Shown in pieces: positions 38,693-48,808 of a stretch of DNA of 57,361 nt (position 1 is the first letter of the stretch; the number at the start of each line of letters is the position of its first letter). A model generated the notes under the pieces. The model was not told the DNA's origin. It was given only the letters and a program-made list of their open reading frames with translations, and made no database searches. This stretch comes from a virus. Taxonomy: Duplodnaviria; Caudoviricetes. Both the position numbers and the translations under genes were made by a program. Location: the IMG/VR virus record IMGVR_UViG_3300025725_000003, positions 1 to 57,361 of that record. One strand, written 5' to 3'.

Positions 38693-39421
38693 ATGACAGG
38701 CACTGATACACACATCGACACATTTAATTCAACGGTTTCAATTGACGGAATTGCAATAAATGGCATATTTCCGGATTCTATTCCATTCCCAAAGGGTAAA
38801 ACTGGAACGAAAGACTGCAGTACTCTAGGATCGGGCACAATACAGAGAAAGGGGCTGAAAACATTTGACCCCGGGAATTGTGCCCTTTCTGGCAATAAAA
38901 TTCCCGGCGATGCTGGACAGATTGCATTATTTGCAGCTTTTGGCGACAGGAAAGAACATATAATTACGGTTAGTATCCCTGACGCCGGAGAGCTCTTTAC
39001 ATATTCGGCATACGTTTCCACCGATTACCCGGACTCAAAAGACGATACTTATATTTTCACTGCGGATCTTGAAGCAACCGGGCCAGCCGTGTTAGGTACG
39101 GCATTTGCAACTATTACTAACATCACCACTACCTCGGGAACGGTATATCCAACAGGTGGAGTTCCCGCTGGTTCAGGTGTGGATATGATCTCATATGTTG
39201 CATCCGGCACTACTGTAACTCTTACGGTTACTGCGGCCGCTGCTTCATCTCTTGCATATTCAATCAATAATGGCTCGACATGGATTACTCTAACTTCTGC
39301 GGTAGCATCCGGAGCAATTACTCTCGGGGCCGCAGGGACTATGACACCCATTTTAATTATGGTCACTGAAGTTGCAAAAGCTACCAGATTTGTAAATCTC
39401 AATATTATAAAAGTGGCTTAA
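38693..39421 (+). CDS. Tail tube protein with C-terminal Ig-like extension
   Basis: GLK..DPG, D.GQIAL..AF, F.A.L..TG motifs. Confidence 0.8.
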   Translation: MTGTDTHIDTFNSTVSIDGIAINGIFPDSIPFPKGKTGTKDCSTLGSGTIQRKGLKTFDPGNCALSGNKIPGDAGQIALFAAFGDRKEHIITVSIPDAGELFTYSAYVSTDYPDSKDDTYIFTADLEATGPAVLGTAFATITNITTTSGTVYPTGGVPAGSGVDMISYVASGTTVTLTVTAAAASSLAYSINNGSTWITLTSAVASGAITLGAAGTMTPILIMVTEVAKATRFVNLNIIKVA

Positions 39422-39434
39422 GGTGTGGTTGTAA

Positions 39435-39884
39435 ATGTCTGGAAGCGAAGTGGAATTCATTCCCGGGTACAATATTTTTTTCACAAACAAAGGGCAGGAG
39501 AAACTATACTCCTCGCTCGGGGTCCGAACCTACAATCAGTTCATTAGAATGTTTAATGATGTCGACGGGTTCGATAATGACCAATTTGCAAAGATTATAT
39601 GCGCGGGTCTGATTTGGGAAAAGAAAACGATTACGCTTGAAGATGTTAAAAACCTGATAGAAGATGAATTTTATATTAAACTGGGCCGAGACTTTGAGGA
39701 CCTAAATACGGTAATCATAGACGGGCTTGCGAATTCCGGGCTACTTGATAAAAAAAGAGTAGCGGCGATTCGTAAATTTAAAAACATGACCCCTGACGAA
39801 ATCGAAAAACAAATGCTAGAATCCAAAGCGAAAAATGATGATGTGAAGCAGGGGGAGGATAGGGGGGAAGTATCGCTGAGCTAG
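39435..39884 (+). CDS. Tail assembly chaperone (G)
   Basis: Between tail tube and tape measure; ends in a slippery GGGGGAA. Confidence 0.75.
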   Translation: MSGSEVEFIPGYNIFFTNKGQEKLYSSLGVRTYNQFIRMFNDVDGFDNDQFAKIICAGLIWEKKTITLEDVKNLIEDEFYIKLGRDFEDLNTVIIDGLANSGLLDKKRVAAIRKFKNMTPDEIEKQMLESKAKNDDVKQGEDRGEVSLS

Positions 39885-40240
39885 ACATCGATGATTTTTT
39901 TGATCAACGACAGAGGATCTTATACAGTCTGTGCGGGAAATCCCCCGCTGAATTTTGGGGATTTTCCCCCGGACAAACCAACCAAATGATTGAAGTGGCA
40001 TCCGAAGATATGAACGCTAAAAATCGACTTGAATCTATCAGACATGCCGATTTAAAGGTATCAATTCTGAATGCCTTTTATAGTCAGCGGAAAGACGGGC
40101 GACTTTATAAGATTGAAGATTTTTTGGATGCGGAAACCGTGAAAGCGTTATCCCCTCAGACAGAAGTTACTAAGCAAAGACAGTCATCGGTTTGGTCAGC
40201 GGCGGGCCATGCATGCATAAAACAATTTGAAGACATGTAA
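39863..40240 (+). CDS. Tail assembly chaperone frameshift extension (GT), -1 frame
   Basis: The -1 frame is open from the slip site and reads SIAELD...SPAEFWGFSPGQT... into ORF 39986. Confidence 0.75.
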   Translation, partial: GGSIAELDIDDFFDQRQRILYSLCGKSPAEFWGFSPGQTNQMIEVASEDMNAKNRLESIRHADLKVSILNAFYSQRKDGRLYKIEDFLDAETVKALSPQTEVTKQRQSSVWSAAGHACIKQFEDM

Positions 40241-40310
40241 TTCGTCACAGCCACTAGACTAATCCACTCAAAAGTAACTAGAAACACATAGCAAGTGAAA
40301 ACGGTGAAAT

Positions 40311-42689
40311 ATGGGAACTGTTGGAGAAATATTTGCAGATGCTGGCCTCCATGTTGATGCTGGTAGTTTCGCGTCGTATGGCGCAGCGCTCCAGGGTGCA
40401 GAGGGTCAAATAGGTGAGTTTGCGTCTGGTTCGCAAGCTATGCTCGCGGGTGCTTTCACACTTCCAGCCGTTGCACTCGGGGGGATTGCTGCATATGGTG
40501 TTTCTCTTGCCTCAGGTTTCCAAGACGCTGGGACAACTTTAACGACTTTATACGGTACCGCCGACTTAGCAAAACAGAAGTTTCAATGGATGACGGATTT
40601 TGCTGCAACTACGCCTTTTCAGTTCGAAGAGGTTGTCCAGGGTGGTATCAAACTAAAATCCTATGGCATGGACATCGAACAATACGGTAAAACATTTGGA
40701 GATACTGCCTCGGGTATGGGGAAAAGTTTTAACGATGTTATCGAAGCCGTGGCAGATGCTCAGACCGGCGAGTTTGAGAGATTAAAAGAGCTTGGTATCA
40801 AGGCGGTCCAGGTAACAAAGGCGAACCTTGACCAATACACCAAGTATGGGGGGCAAGTTGGGGATACCATGTTTACCTATGTCAATCGGTCAGGGCAGCA
40901 GATGGCCACGGCCGTTGACAAAAATAACAGGGAAATGGTAACCTCAACTCTTTCAGCAATTTGGAATGAAAAATACGCTGGAGCAATGGAAACCCGGAGT
41001 AAGACGCTTTCTGGGATGGCATCAACTCTCAAAGATAATCTTACATTTGGTCTTGCTGATTTAGTCGGCTATGATATGAAAAACATGGAAGTCCAGACAG
41101 CTTCTCTGATGGGCGTTTTAATGGCCCTTGCTGGGGTAGCCGTCACAGTTACGGGAAGTTTTTCAAACATGAGTGAACCCGTCCAGACCTTTATTGTGGT
41201 TGCTTCGTTCGCTACCGCGGGGGTCGGTTTACTAGCGGCCGCAATGATAGGGTATGCTGCAGTTTTGCCTTTTATTACTGGCGCTACTGCTCTATTTGGT
41301 GTCACTCTAACCGCTGCTCTCTGGCCAGTTACGGGGGTCGTTGTTGGTCTTGGTTTACTCGCGGCTGGATTGGTTTATCTGAACGAAAAAACCGGCTTGG
41401 TTAGTGCGGTTTGGACGGAACTCAGCGACGAATTTACAATACTCGAAGATCGATTGTCAACTGGGTGGACGAATGTTAGCAACTGGATAGGGGCAAAAAT
41501 TGCTGAAATACAAGCCTACCTCTCCAATATCATCCCCGAAAGCGCAATTACCGCCGTAAATGATTTTGTGAATTGGGCATCCGGGTTATTGGGCAGCGAA
41601 TTGGGTGGTATCGCAACGGATAATCACGCAACTGCGGAAAATATACGCGCTAAAAACACCGCCGGAGCTCAAGCGGGTGAAAAGGAAAAGAAAATAAGTG
41701 ACATATTCAACCCGAAAAGCGAACAAAACGTTAAATTAATGGTAACCGCTGATACCACACAGGCCACGCCGCAGATTAAAACACTTGATGATTTATTAAA
41801 CAAACTCCCACCGGACGCCGCAAACGCAACGTCTGCTCTAAAGGGAACAGGTGGTGTCCCCGCAACTGGGTCGATTGCAGGATTAACGGGCATACAGCAG
41901 GGCGAACAAAGCGCCACCGCCGCGGCTAACCCCCTGCAGACCGCACTTACGGCAAACGGTAACGTTAGTTACGCTGGCACAAACGCGGGGATCGTGAGTG
42001 TGGATGCCAACGGTAAAAAGACCACATTTACGGTGGATCAATTGCGCGGATCCCTGAGTATGGCGGGTAATGTGCCTGCCTCCGGTTCTATGGCGAGTTT
42101 GGCGGGGGTTACGTCCAAGGCACAGGGAGCAACCGGAGCCGCTAAAACATTAGACGCAACGCTTACTGACGCCGGGGTCGTTTCATTTAATGGCACGAAT
42201 TCTCAAATATCTCTAGTTAATGCGAAAGGGGTAGTTACAAAACTTACGATTAGCCAACTCCAGACATATTTAAAACAAGCCGGTAATGTCAGCCAGGCCG
42301 GGTCAGCGGGCCAGCTTGCCCTAGTTGATTCTGCAGGAAAACGTACAAATATCACAACCATTCAAGCAAAAAACCTGCTTGCAAACATCAATGCTCAAAC
42401 TATGGCAAACGTCACCGGTGGAATCAATGGAATAACTACCGCGTGGGGTAAAGCCAATGCTGCGGCTAATGCCTATGCTAAATCCGCTATAGCTGACAGA
42501 GCAATCATGAAAACATATGAATCTGCCATGAAAGGCTCAACAAGCACAGGGCAGAGTAAAGGCGGAATTACTGTGGTCGGCGCAGGACAGAGCATCAAAT
42601 CGACTAACAATGTCACAGTAAACAATACTTATAATCAACCTACGGCAAGCGATAAAAAGGCACGACTTGCGATAATTGGGAGATCTTAA
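40311..42689 (+). CDS. Tape measure protein
   Basis: FAATTPFQ..EV, A.ADA.TGEFERLKELG tape-measure motifs; hydrophobic middle; Ala/Gly/Thr-rich. Confidence 0.92.
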   Translation: MGTVGEIFADAGLHVDAGSFASYGAALQGAEGQIGEFASGSQAMLAGAFTLPAVALGGIAAYGVSLASGFQDAGTTLTTLYGTADLAKQKFQWMTDFAATTPFQFEEVVQGGIKLKSYGMDIEQYGKTFGDTASGMGKSFNDVIEAVADAQTGEFERLKELGIKAVQVTKANLDQYTKYGGQVGDTMFTYVNRSGQQMATAVDKNNREMVTSTLSAIWNEKYAGAMETRSKTLSGMASTLKDNLTFGLADLVGYDMKNMEVQTASLMGVLMALAGVAVTVTGSFSNMSEPVQTFIVVASFATAGVGLLAAAMIGYAAVLPFITGATALFGVTLTAALWPVTGVVVGLGLLAAGLVYLNEKTGLVSAVWTELSDEFTILEDRLSTGWTNVSNWIGAKIAEIQAYLSNIIPESAITAVNDFVNWASGLLGSELGGIATDNHATAENIRAKNTAGAQAGEKEKKISDIFNPKSEQNVKLMVTADTTQATPQIKTLDDLLNKLPPDAANATSALKGTGGVPATGSIAGLTGIQQGEQSATAAANPLQTALTANGNVSYAGTNAGIVSVDANGKKTTFTVDQLRGSLSMAGNVPASGSMASLAGVTSKAQGATGAAKTLDATLTDAGVVSFNGTNSQISLVNAKGVVTKLTISQLQTYLKQAGNVSQAGSAGQLALVDSAGKRTNITTIQAKNLLANINAQTMANVTGGINGITTAWGKANAAANAYAKSAIADRAIMKTYESAMKGSTSTGQSKGGITVVGAGQSIKSTNNVTVNNTYNQPTASDKKARLAIIGRS

Positions 42690-42691
42690 AA

Positions 42692-45600
42692 ATGGCAACT
42701 ACTTACACAGTCGGTCTGACAGGTTCAGGAGCTACTTATATTTGTGATGGTACCGGCGACCAAACCCAGATAAACCAGGCCCTCGCGGCCGCGAACGGTA
42801 ACCCGGGAAGTACGGTTCGACTGTCGGATGGTACTTACAATATATCGGCCCAGATTCTGATGGGTAGTTCAACTACCTTAACCGGAAATACCGCAGATCC
42901 AACCGCAGTTAAACTGAGAGTTCCGAATTCGGGAGCTGGGGCTTTCCCTGACGGAACCGCCATAATTGAGAGGTTGGGGTCCGGGGTTGCTACGGGTGTT
43001 GAGATCTCTTATATGGAGATTGACGGAAATTGTGTACCGCAATCAACCACCCTAGGCCTGGCTCACGGTAAACCAAGTTCGTCAGGGTCAGGGGTAGAAA
43101 GGTGTATACAGTTTGCCGGCGGCTCCGGAAGTTACCCAAAGGCCAAAGATATTAATATCCATCATATGTATTTTCACGATGCATTCGGTGAAGCAATCCA
43201 TATTTATTATGCTCAAAATGTTAGATTTCATCACAATTCATGCTATAACATGCAGCATGATGCTATTTTTCTTATAGAGTGCGCCGGTAGCGGAAACGAA
43301 ATCAATAATAATATAATTGAGGGGATAACGGACGGGTGTATTCGGCTAGATAACTGCACCGATTTTAAAATACATGATAATACCCTTCGTCCGTATCACG
43401 GTCCTAATAACAATGGCGCATACGAGTACGGCGCGAACGGTATGCAGATCGCTAATGAAAGTAACAAAACCACTAAAACAAACAATCTTGAGATTTATAA
43501 CAACACATTTACCGATATTGATTTAACCGGGATTTGGTTTAATGATGTACTGGGAACTGCGGGGACCACTTCCCAGATCGTTCACCTTTATAATAACACG
43601 TTTACTAACTGTGGTTATACCTCGGGTTCAAGTGTTAACTATGGTTCGGGTATCACAGTAAATGGATGGGGAAATGGGTTAACAGTAGAATACAATACTT
43701 TTAATGGTTGTTATCAAAACGCTATTCAGATACTGAAAGCCATCGGAACTGCCAATTATACCGTTCTTATTAAAAACAATAATATAATTAATACAAGGGG
43801 CGCAGGTCATTCAACAAGTACGCTGTCAGCAAGTTACAAAGGATATGGTATTCTTAATTTAATCCCCACTCGAATAACGGCGACAATGATGGGCAATTAT
43901 TTTTCCGGAAACTTAAAGGGGAAATATTATCCAACCAACATGAGTTCAACGGTTGAAGCATCTACGTCTAACGGTCTTCGCCCGGGCTCGGAAACGACAG
44001 GCGGGGCAGGTGGGGCAGGCGGGTCAGCCGGGATAGATATAACAGTCGGGCAGGACGCAGCGAAGGCATCCGCGACTTATTTTTATTGTAATCCGGATAC
44101 TAGAAACGCAGGGACTCAGTTAAACTCCGCAATTACAGCAGCGGCACGTTCAGCAACGGCTACGAATCCGGTATATGTTTTCATAAAAGCAGCAGCGGCC
44201 CCATATTGGATTAATACTCAGGTTTTGGGAAAAAGTAATGTGAACATTGTGGGGGACGGGATATCCACAGTGACTCTAAAATTAATCAGTGGGTTGTCTG
44301 GCGGAAGTACTTACCCTCCTGGGTGGGGGAACGATTCGGGTGTTAGTTCATCGGGTGCTATGCTCATGCTTCTGAGTATTAGCAATGTTAGGCTATCGGG
44401 CTTCACGCTAGACGGCTCATGGGATGACCTGTACGCCTCGACTTATCCTAACCGGGGGCTTGGATATTTCAATGAAATTACAGTTGCCGGATCCTCCAAT
44501 ATATTCATAGACACTATAAAATTTATACGCGGCGCGAATGACGGCGTTATGGCAGGATCCACGAGTAATATAGTGGTTGCCAACTGTGAATTTAATATGA
44601 TCGGGCACGACGGAGCAGCTTATATTAGTTGCACAAACTCCGCGGTTCATCATAATAAATTTGCAATTAGAACAAACTCGGCTATAAGATTTGACAATAC
44701 CACCGGAAGTTTAGTTTTTTGTAATGAGGTTTGGACCGGGACCGGAGGAGGAGCAGGCATAGAATTACAACATGACGTAAACGGTAGCCTGCTATATAAT
44801 AATCATTTTCACAATATAACGGGGGCATCCCCGGGGTACGGTGCGATTGGGTACATTGGTCAAACCGTTTCAGGCAGCGGAGTACAGGTACACAACAACA
44901 TAATGGATAGTTGTACTTACTCCACTAATGACATGCCAGCCGGGTATACACTCACTAATAATTTAATTCTCAGTGCTCCCATCCTGGCTACCAATTACGG
45001 GACAAACACAGGAAATCTCACGAGTACGACAGGATTAACAAAATCCGGGAGTAACTATGCCAGAAATACCTATTATTCTGGTAGTGGTGTGACATATGGA
45101 ATTGACCCCACCATACTTTTAGACCTTCCGCCGATATTAAGTCGGCCGGGTGGCGGGATAGGCGGGGGTACAGGCGGAATCGTCACGCCCCCTACGTCAA
45201 CTATTCCTGTACGTTATATTCCCGGCGTGCGAACAATCCAACCCGATTGGGTATTTTCGGATTATTACATTTTAAATCAGGACGGATCGACCCATACCAG
45301 TTACGTGAATGGCTGGCCTCTTAATATTATAAGTTATACCGCCGACACACAAAAGGTACTCGCCACAAATAAAAGTCCAAGTATTGACGGTTGGAATATC
45401 GGAGATTTCGGTTTTGAAGGGTCAACCGCGACCATTGTATGTGGCGAGAACTCATTAGAAAGTGCCTGGGCATCGATATCCGCGTGGTATTCGCGTGCTC
45501 CCGCGATTCTTGAATTAGGTGACGTTTATTCCGAGTATTTCCTTGAATGTGTTCCGGGGAAACATAGTGCAGTTGTAAGAAAAGATCAGGGGGATATTCC

Positions 45601-48600
45601 CGCTGAGTATTATGAATATTCCATATCAGTGAAAACCACAATACCGTATTTCCAAAGCATCATGAAACGCATTAGAAGCAGGCTTGTTTATAATTCAATG
45701 CAGTGGAGCAGTGACGATAGTCAGCCTGGTAATAAACTGAAAAACGGATCATTTGATGAATGGGCGCCTAACGCTAATATGACGTGGACCTCCCAGACAA
45801 GCGCGGCTGACAACAATTGGAGGAGTGTTTGTTATGCCGATACGCTAGGGCTTTTTGTCGCAGTCGCGGAGACCGGCACTGATAACCGGATTGCGGTGTC
45901 CGATGGCTTTGGTGATTGGTCAATACCTTCCGGCCTATCGAGTGCGGCAAACCGTGATAATAATTGGAGATGTGGTATATGGGTACCCCCATCCACTAAT
46001 CTATCAACGGGCAGATTCATTGGTTTTTCAATAACTGGAACCGGAAACCGTGTCATTACGTCAGATGATTTGGTGACATTTACGGCTCAGACATCAGCAG
46101 CGGACAATTCATGGGGGTCTGCTTGTTATATCTCACCGAATGAAACTCTTGACAATGGCAGAGTTGTAGCGGTCGGTTACTCCGGGACGAATCGAGTAAT
46201 GTATTCGGATGATTTTGGTGTCACGTGGACAGCCGTTGTCTCGTCGGGTGAAGGATGCAACTGGTTGAGTGTAGCTTACTCTGAATATTATAAGCGATTA
46301 GCCGCAGTTGCGTATACAGGAACGGCCGGGGCGCAGGTCATGACATCCGATGATTTTGGGGCAACATGGACAAATAGGGCAAGCCCCACGCCGGTTCAAA
46401 AATGGACGAGTGTGATTAGAGTCAATGTGCTTGGGTGGTTTGTTGCGTGCAGCGAAGACGGAACGCAGCAGATAATGACCTCGCCAGACGGGATAACATG
46501 GACGCTACGGGATACCCCATATGGCAGCAGTACGCAAACAGGCGGTGGAACCGCAATAACCACTACCCCGTATACTACAGCCGTTGGTAGTTGGTACAGT
46601 TCGAAGTCCACTGCGTATTATGAAAATTCAACGAGCAAGGAGTTCGAAGTCGTTCTACCTGCACTCACGGGCGGGAGTGTTTACAGGATAGATCAGGTGT
46701 CATGCCAACTAAAAACCGGACTGGCGGGCACCACCGCATCTTTGAAAGTCACAATACAAGCAGCGTCTCTGTATTCGGGTGCTGAAACTACATTAGTGGA
46801 ATGGACAAACACAACGACTACTTATATTCAAAAAACGTTCGCCCTTGCCGTGAATTCTGCTACCGGAGAAACGGTTACCCTTCGGTATTATCTGAAAACA
46901 TCAAATGCCTCATATCGGGCATACACCACAGTGATTGGTTATATTTTTTCGGTGGCAGCGACAGGCGGGAGCAGTGTCACATATGCACGCAACCAATGGC
47001 GGTCACTTGTGGTTTCCCCCACAACTGATTTGATTGTCGCAGTTGCGCAAACCGGGACAGGAAATAGAGTAATGCTTTCTACGAACGCGGTGGACTGGAT
47101 AAACGGTGTTTCCGCTGCGGATAACAACTGGACATCGATAGCGTGCTCTGATTATACGTTTATAGCAGTGGGGGTCTCCGGAACGGGCAACAGGGCTATG
47201 GTATCCTCGGATAATGGGACAATTGAAAACATCCCACCCGCAGCATGGACTTTACAAAATACAGGCCTGAAGAGAGGTTTAGATTATATGGGTGATGGCT
47301 CAACAGGTGTCCTCATAACGGGCGATGGAGTGACCGCCGACATAGGCGGCATTTATCAGTCTGTTAATTGCGATGCAGGAGTCATCTATGTTCTTTCAGC
47401 AGTTGCAAAAACGATAGGACTAACACAGGGCAGTTTAGTGGTAGAGATATTCTCCGGTGGGTCCTCTATCCGACAACTCGTTTGGAATACGGCCACCGAC
47501 CCCGAAGAACAACAGATGACGGTAAAATATGATGTTTCCCCACTCGATTCGGTTATAAAAGTTCATGGGGTCGGAACACCAAACGATGGAGCTTTGTTAT
47601 TCTGTGACAGTGTGAGTTTTGAGAAATTGTCGGATTTTGAATTGTCTGCAGTGGGAAATGACATTATAACATACGGGCATGAAAATACAATTCCCGATAT
47701 CGAAGTCCATTCTGCGGTCCCTCAGACCGACAGCAGCGGCGTGATTACCGGAACTCAATTGATATACGACTCCGGGGTAACGTCATATACATCCGCCGCT
47801 ACATTCTACAGCCAGGCCTCCACGAGCATGGAGTTCACTGTCACTATTCCGGCACCTACAAACGGAGCAAGGAATAGACTAGACGAAGTTTCCGGCATGC
47901 TTTCAAACGTTCACGCGGGGACAGTATCTTACATGGCCGTTAATATGCAGGCGGCGTCTCTATTCGGGGGAGCCGAAACACCGATAGCCAACTGGACCAA
48001 TTCTACGACTACGGCAACCAAACAGATCAAAGCATTGTCGTCCTCCGCCGGGGTCAACGAAAGTATAATTTTAAAATATTTCTTGAAAACTTCGAATGCC
48101 AGTTATAGAGCGGTCGCTAGCCATTTTGGGTATAAGGTTACCCCACTGTTGGCATATTCGTCATCAAGTGATACAAACAGTCTGTCTATTTATAACTCGG
48201 TCGACCCATCCACTGTAATTGATATATGCAACCTCTTACCATATGGCTGCACTATATCAATCAACGCGGATTATACAGGATCATTTGAATATTCTACCAA
48301 TTTTGAGGACGATTCGGTGTTATCGACGATCGAGTCACGGATGGGAGAGATTGTATATTCTCCAGCGAACCGGACATTGACAATCGGTGTAGGAGCCGCG
48401 GTTGTATTTACTTTTGATACAAAGTTTGCAGTTACTGGGATGCCATTTATCCAAACTATGGTTATTTCAGGCATACCTCAGTTTTTGATTTCAGTATATC
48501 GTGGAACTGGCTATATGATAGACGGCAATACAGCCACTGATTTAATTAATACTATGATCTATCGAGAACTTGACAGCGGTGCTAATGTATCAATAATAGG

Positions 48601-48808
48601 GAATACTGTCTTCGGTATTCAGATCCAACCAAAAACCGGTGAATCGGTGGTATTGGGTTCGATTTTCGTGCACGCCGATTTAGTAACGATTGACGCACCT
48701 AGGCCGAAAATATTTGCAACGGGTGAACCAAATGTATTTACTTCGATTCTATCCGGTAATCCCGTTGTCTGCATATTGAAAACACGCGATCGAAATATGG
48801 TGATATGA
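42692..48808 (+). CDS. Giant distal-tail/receptor-binding protein (2 beta-helices, Asp-box beta-propeller, CBM-like and duplicated domains)
   Basis: Located between TMP and hub; CDGTGDQTQINQAL cap; SAADN.W/SDDFG.TW repeats; duplicated QAASL..GAET...YLKTSNASYRA domain. Confidence 0.75.
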   Translation: MATTYTVGLTGSGATYICDGTGDQTQINQALAAANGNPGSTVRLSDGTYNISAQILMGSSTTLTGNTADPTAVKLRVPNSGAGAFPDGTAIIERLGSGVATGVEISYMEIDGNCVPQSTTLGLAHGKPSSSGSGVERCIQFAGGSGSYPKAKDINIHHMYFHDAFGEAIHIYYAQNVRFHHNSCYNMQHDAIFLIECAGSGNEINNNIIEGITDGCIRLDNCTDFKIHDNTLRPYHGPNNNGAYEYGANGMQIANESNKTTKTNNLEIYNNTFTDIDLTGIWFNDVLGTAGTTSQIVHLYNNTFTNCGYTSGSSVNYGSGITVNGWGNGLTVEYNTFNGCYQNAIQILKAIGTANYTVLIKNNNIINTRGAGHSTSTLSASYKGYGILNLIPTRITATMMGNYFSGNLKGKYYPTNMSSTVEASTSNGLRPGSETTGGAGGAGGSAGIDITVGQDAAKASATYFYCNPDTRNAGTQLNSAITAAARSATATNPVYVFIKAAAAPYWINTQVLGKSNVNIVGDGISTVTLKLISGLSGGSTYPPGWGNDSGVSSSGAMLMLLSISNVRLSGFTLDGSWDDLYASTYPNRGLGYFNEITVAGSSNIFIDTIKFIRGANDGVMAGSTSNIVVANCEFNMIGHDGAAYISCTNSAVHHNKFAIRTNSAIRFDNTTGSLVFCNEVWTGTGGGAGIELQHDVNGSLLYNNHFHNITGASPGYGAIGYIGQTVSGSGVQVHNNIMDSCTYSTNDMPAGYTLTNNLILSAPILATNYGTNTGNLTSTTGLTKSGSNYARNTYYSGSGVTYGIDPTILLDLPPILSRPGGGIGGGTGGIVTPPTSTIPVRYIPGVRTIQPDWVFSDYYILNQDGSTHTSYVNGWPLNIISYTADTQKVLATNKSPSIDGWNIGDFGFEGSTATIVCGENSLESAWASISAWYSRAPAILELGDVYSEYFLECVPGKHSAVVRKDQGDIPAEYYEYSISVKTTIPYFQSIMKRIRSRLVYNSMQWSSDDSQPGNKLKNGSFDEWAPNANMTWTSQTSAADNNWRSVCYADTLGLFVAVAETGTDNRIAVSDGFGDWSIPSGLSSAANRDNNWRCGIWVPPSTNLSTGRFIGFSITGTGNRVITSDDLVTFTAQTSAADNSWGSACYISPNETLDNGRVVAVGYSGTNRVMYSDDFGVTWTAVVSSGEGCNWLSVAYSEYYKRLAAVAYTGTAGAQVMTSDDFGATWTNRASPTPVQKWTSVIRVNVLGWFVACSEDGTQQIMTSPDGITWTLRDTPYGSSTQTGGGTAITTTPYTTAVGSWYSSKSTAYYENSTSKEFEVVLPALTGGSVYRIDQVSCQLKTGLAGTTASLKVTIQAASLYSGAETTLVEWTNTTTTYIQKTFALAVNSATGETVTLRYYLKTSNASYRAYTTVIGYIFSVAATGGSSVTYARNQWRSLVVSPTTDLIVAVAQTGTGNRVMLSTNAVDWINGVSAADNNWTSIACSDYTFIAVGVSGTGNRAMVSSDNGTIENIPPAAWTLQNTGLKRGLDYMGDGSTGVLITGDGVTADIGGIYQSVNCDAGVIYVLSAVAKTIGLTQGSLVVEIFSGGSSIRQLVWNTATDPEEQQMTVKYDVSPLDSVIKVHGVGTPNDGALLFCDSVSFEKLSDFELSAVGNDIITYGHENTIPDIEVHSAVPQTDSSGVITGTQLIYDSGVTSYTSAATFYSQASTSMEFTVTIPAPTNGARNRLDEVSGMLSNVHAGTVSYMAVNMQAASLFGGAETPIANWTNSTTTATKQIKALSSSAGVNESIILKYFLKTSNASYRAVASHFGYKVTPLLAYSSSSDTNSLSIYNSVDPSTVIDICNLLPYGCTISINADYTGSFEYSTNFEDDSVLSTIESRMGEIVYSPANRTLTIGVGAAVVFTFDTKFAVTGMPFIQTMVISGIPQFLISVYRGTGYMIDGNTATDLINTMIYRELDSGANVSIIGNTVFGIQIQPKTGESVVLGSIFVHADLVTIDAPRPKIFATGEPNVFTSILSGNPVVCILKTRDRNMVI

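Noticed and set aside
39882-39884. Pyrrolysine (UAG) readthrough of the tail chaperone or other TAG-ending genes
   Set aside because: The conserved downstream motif is in the -1 frame, not the readthrough frame; no evidence at the other TAG stops
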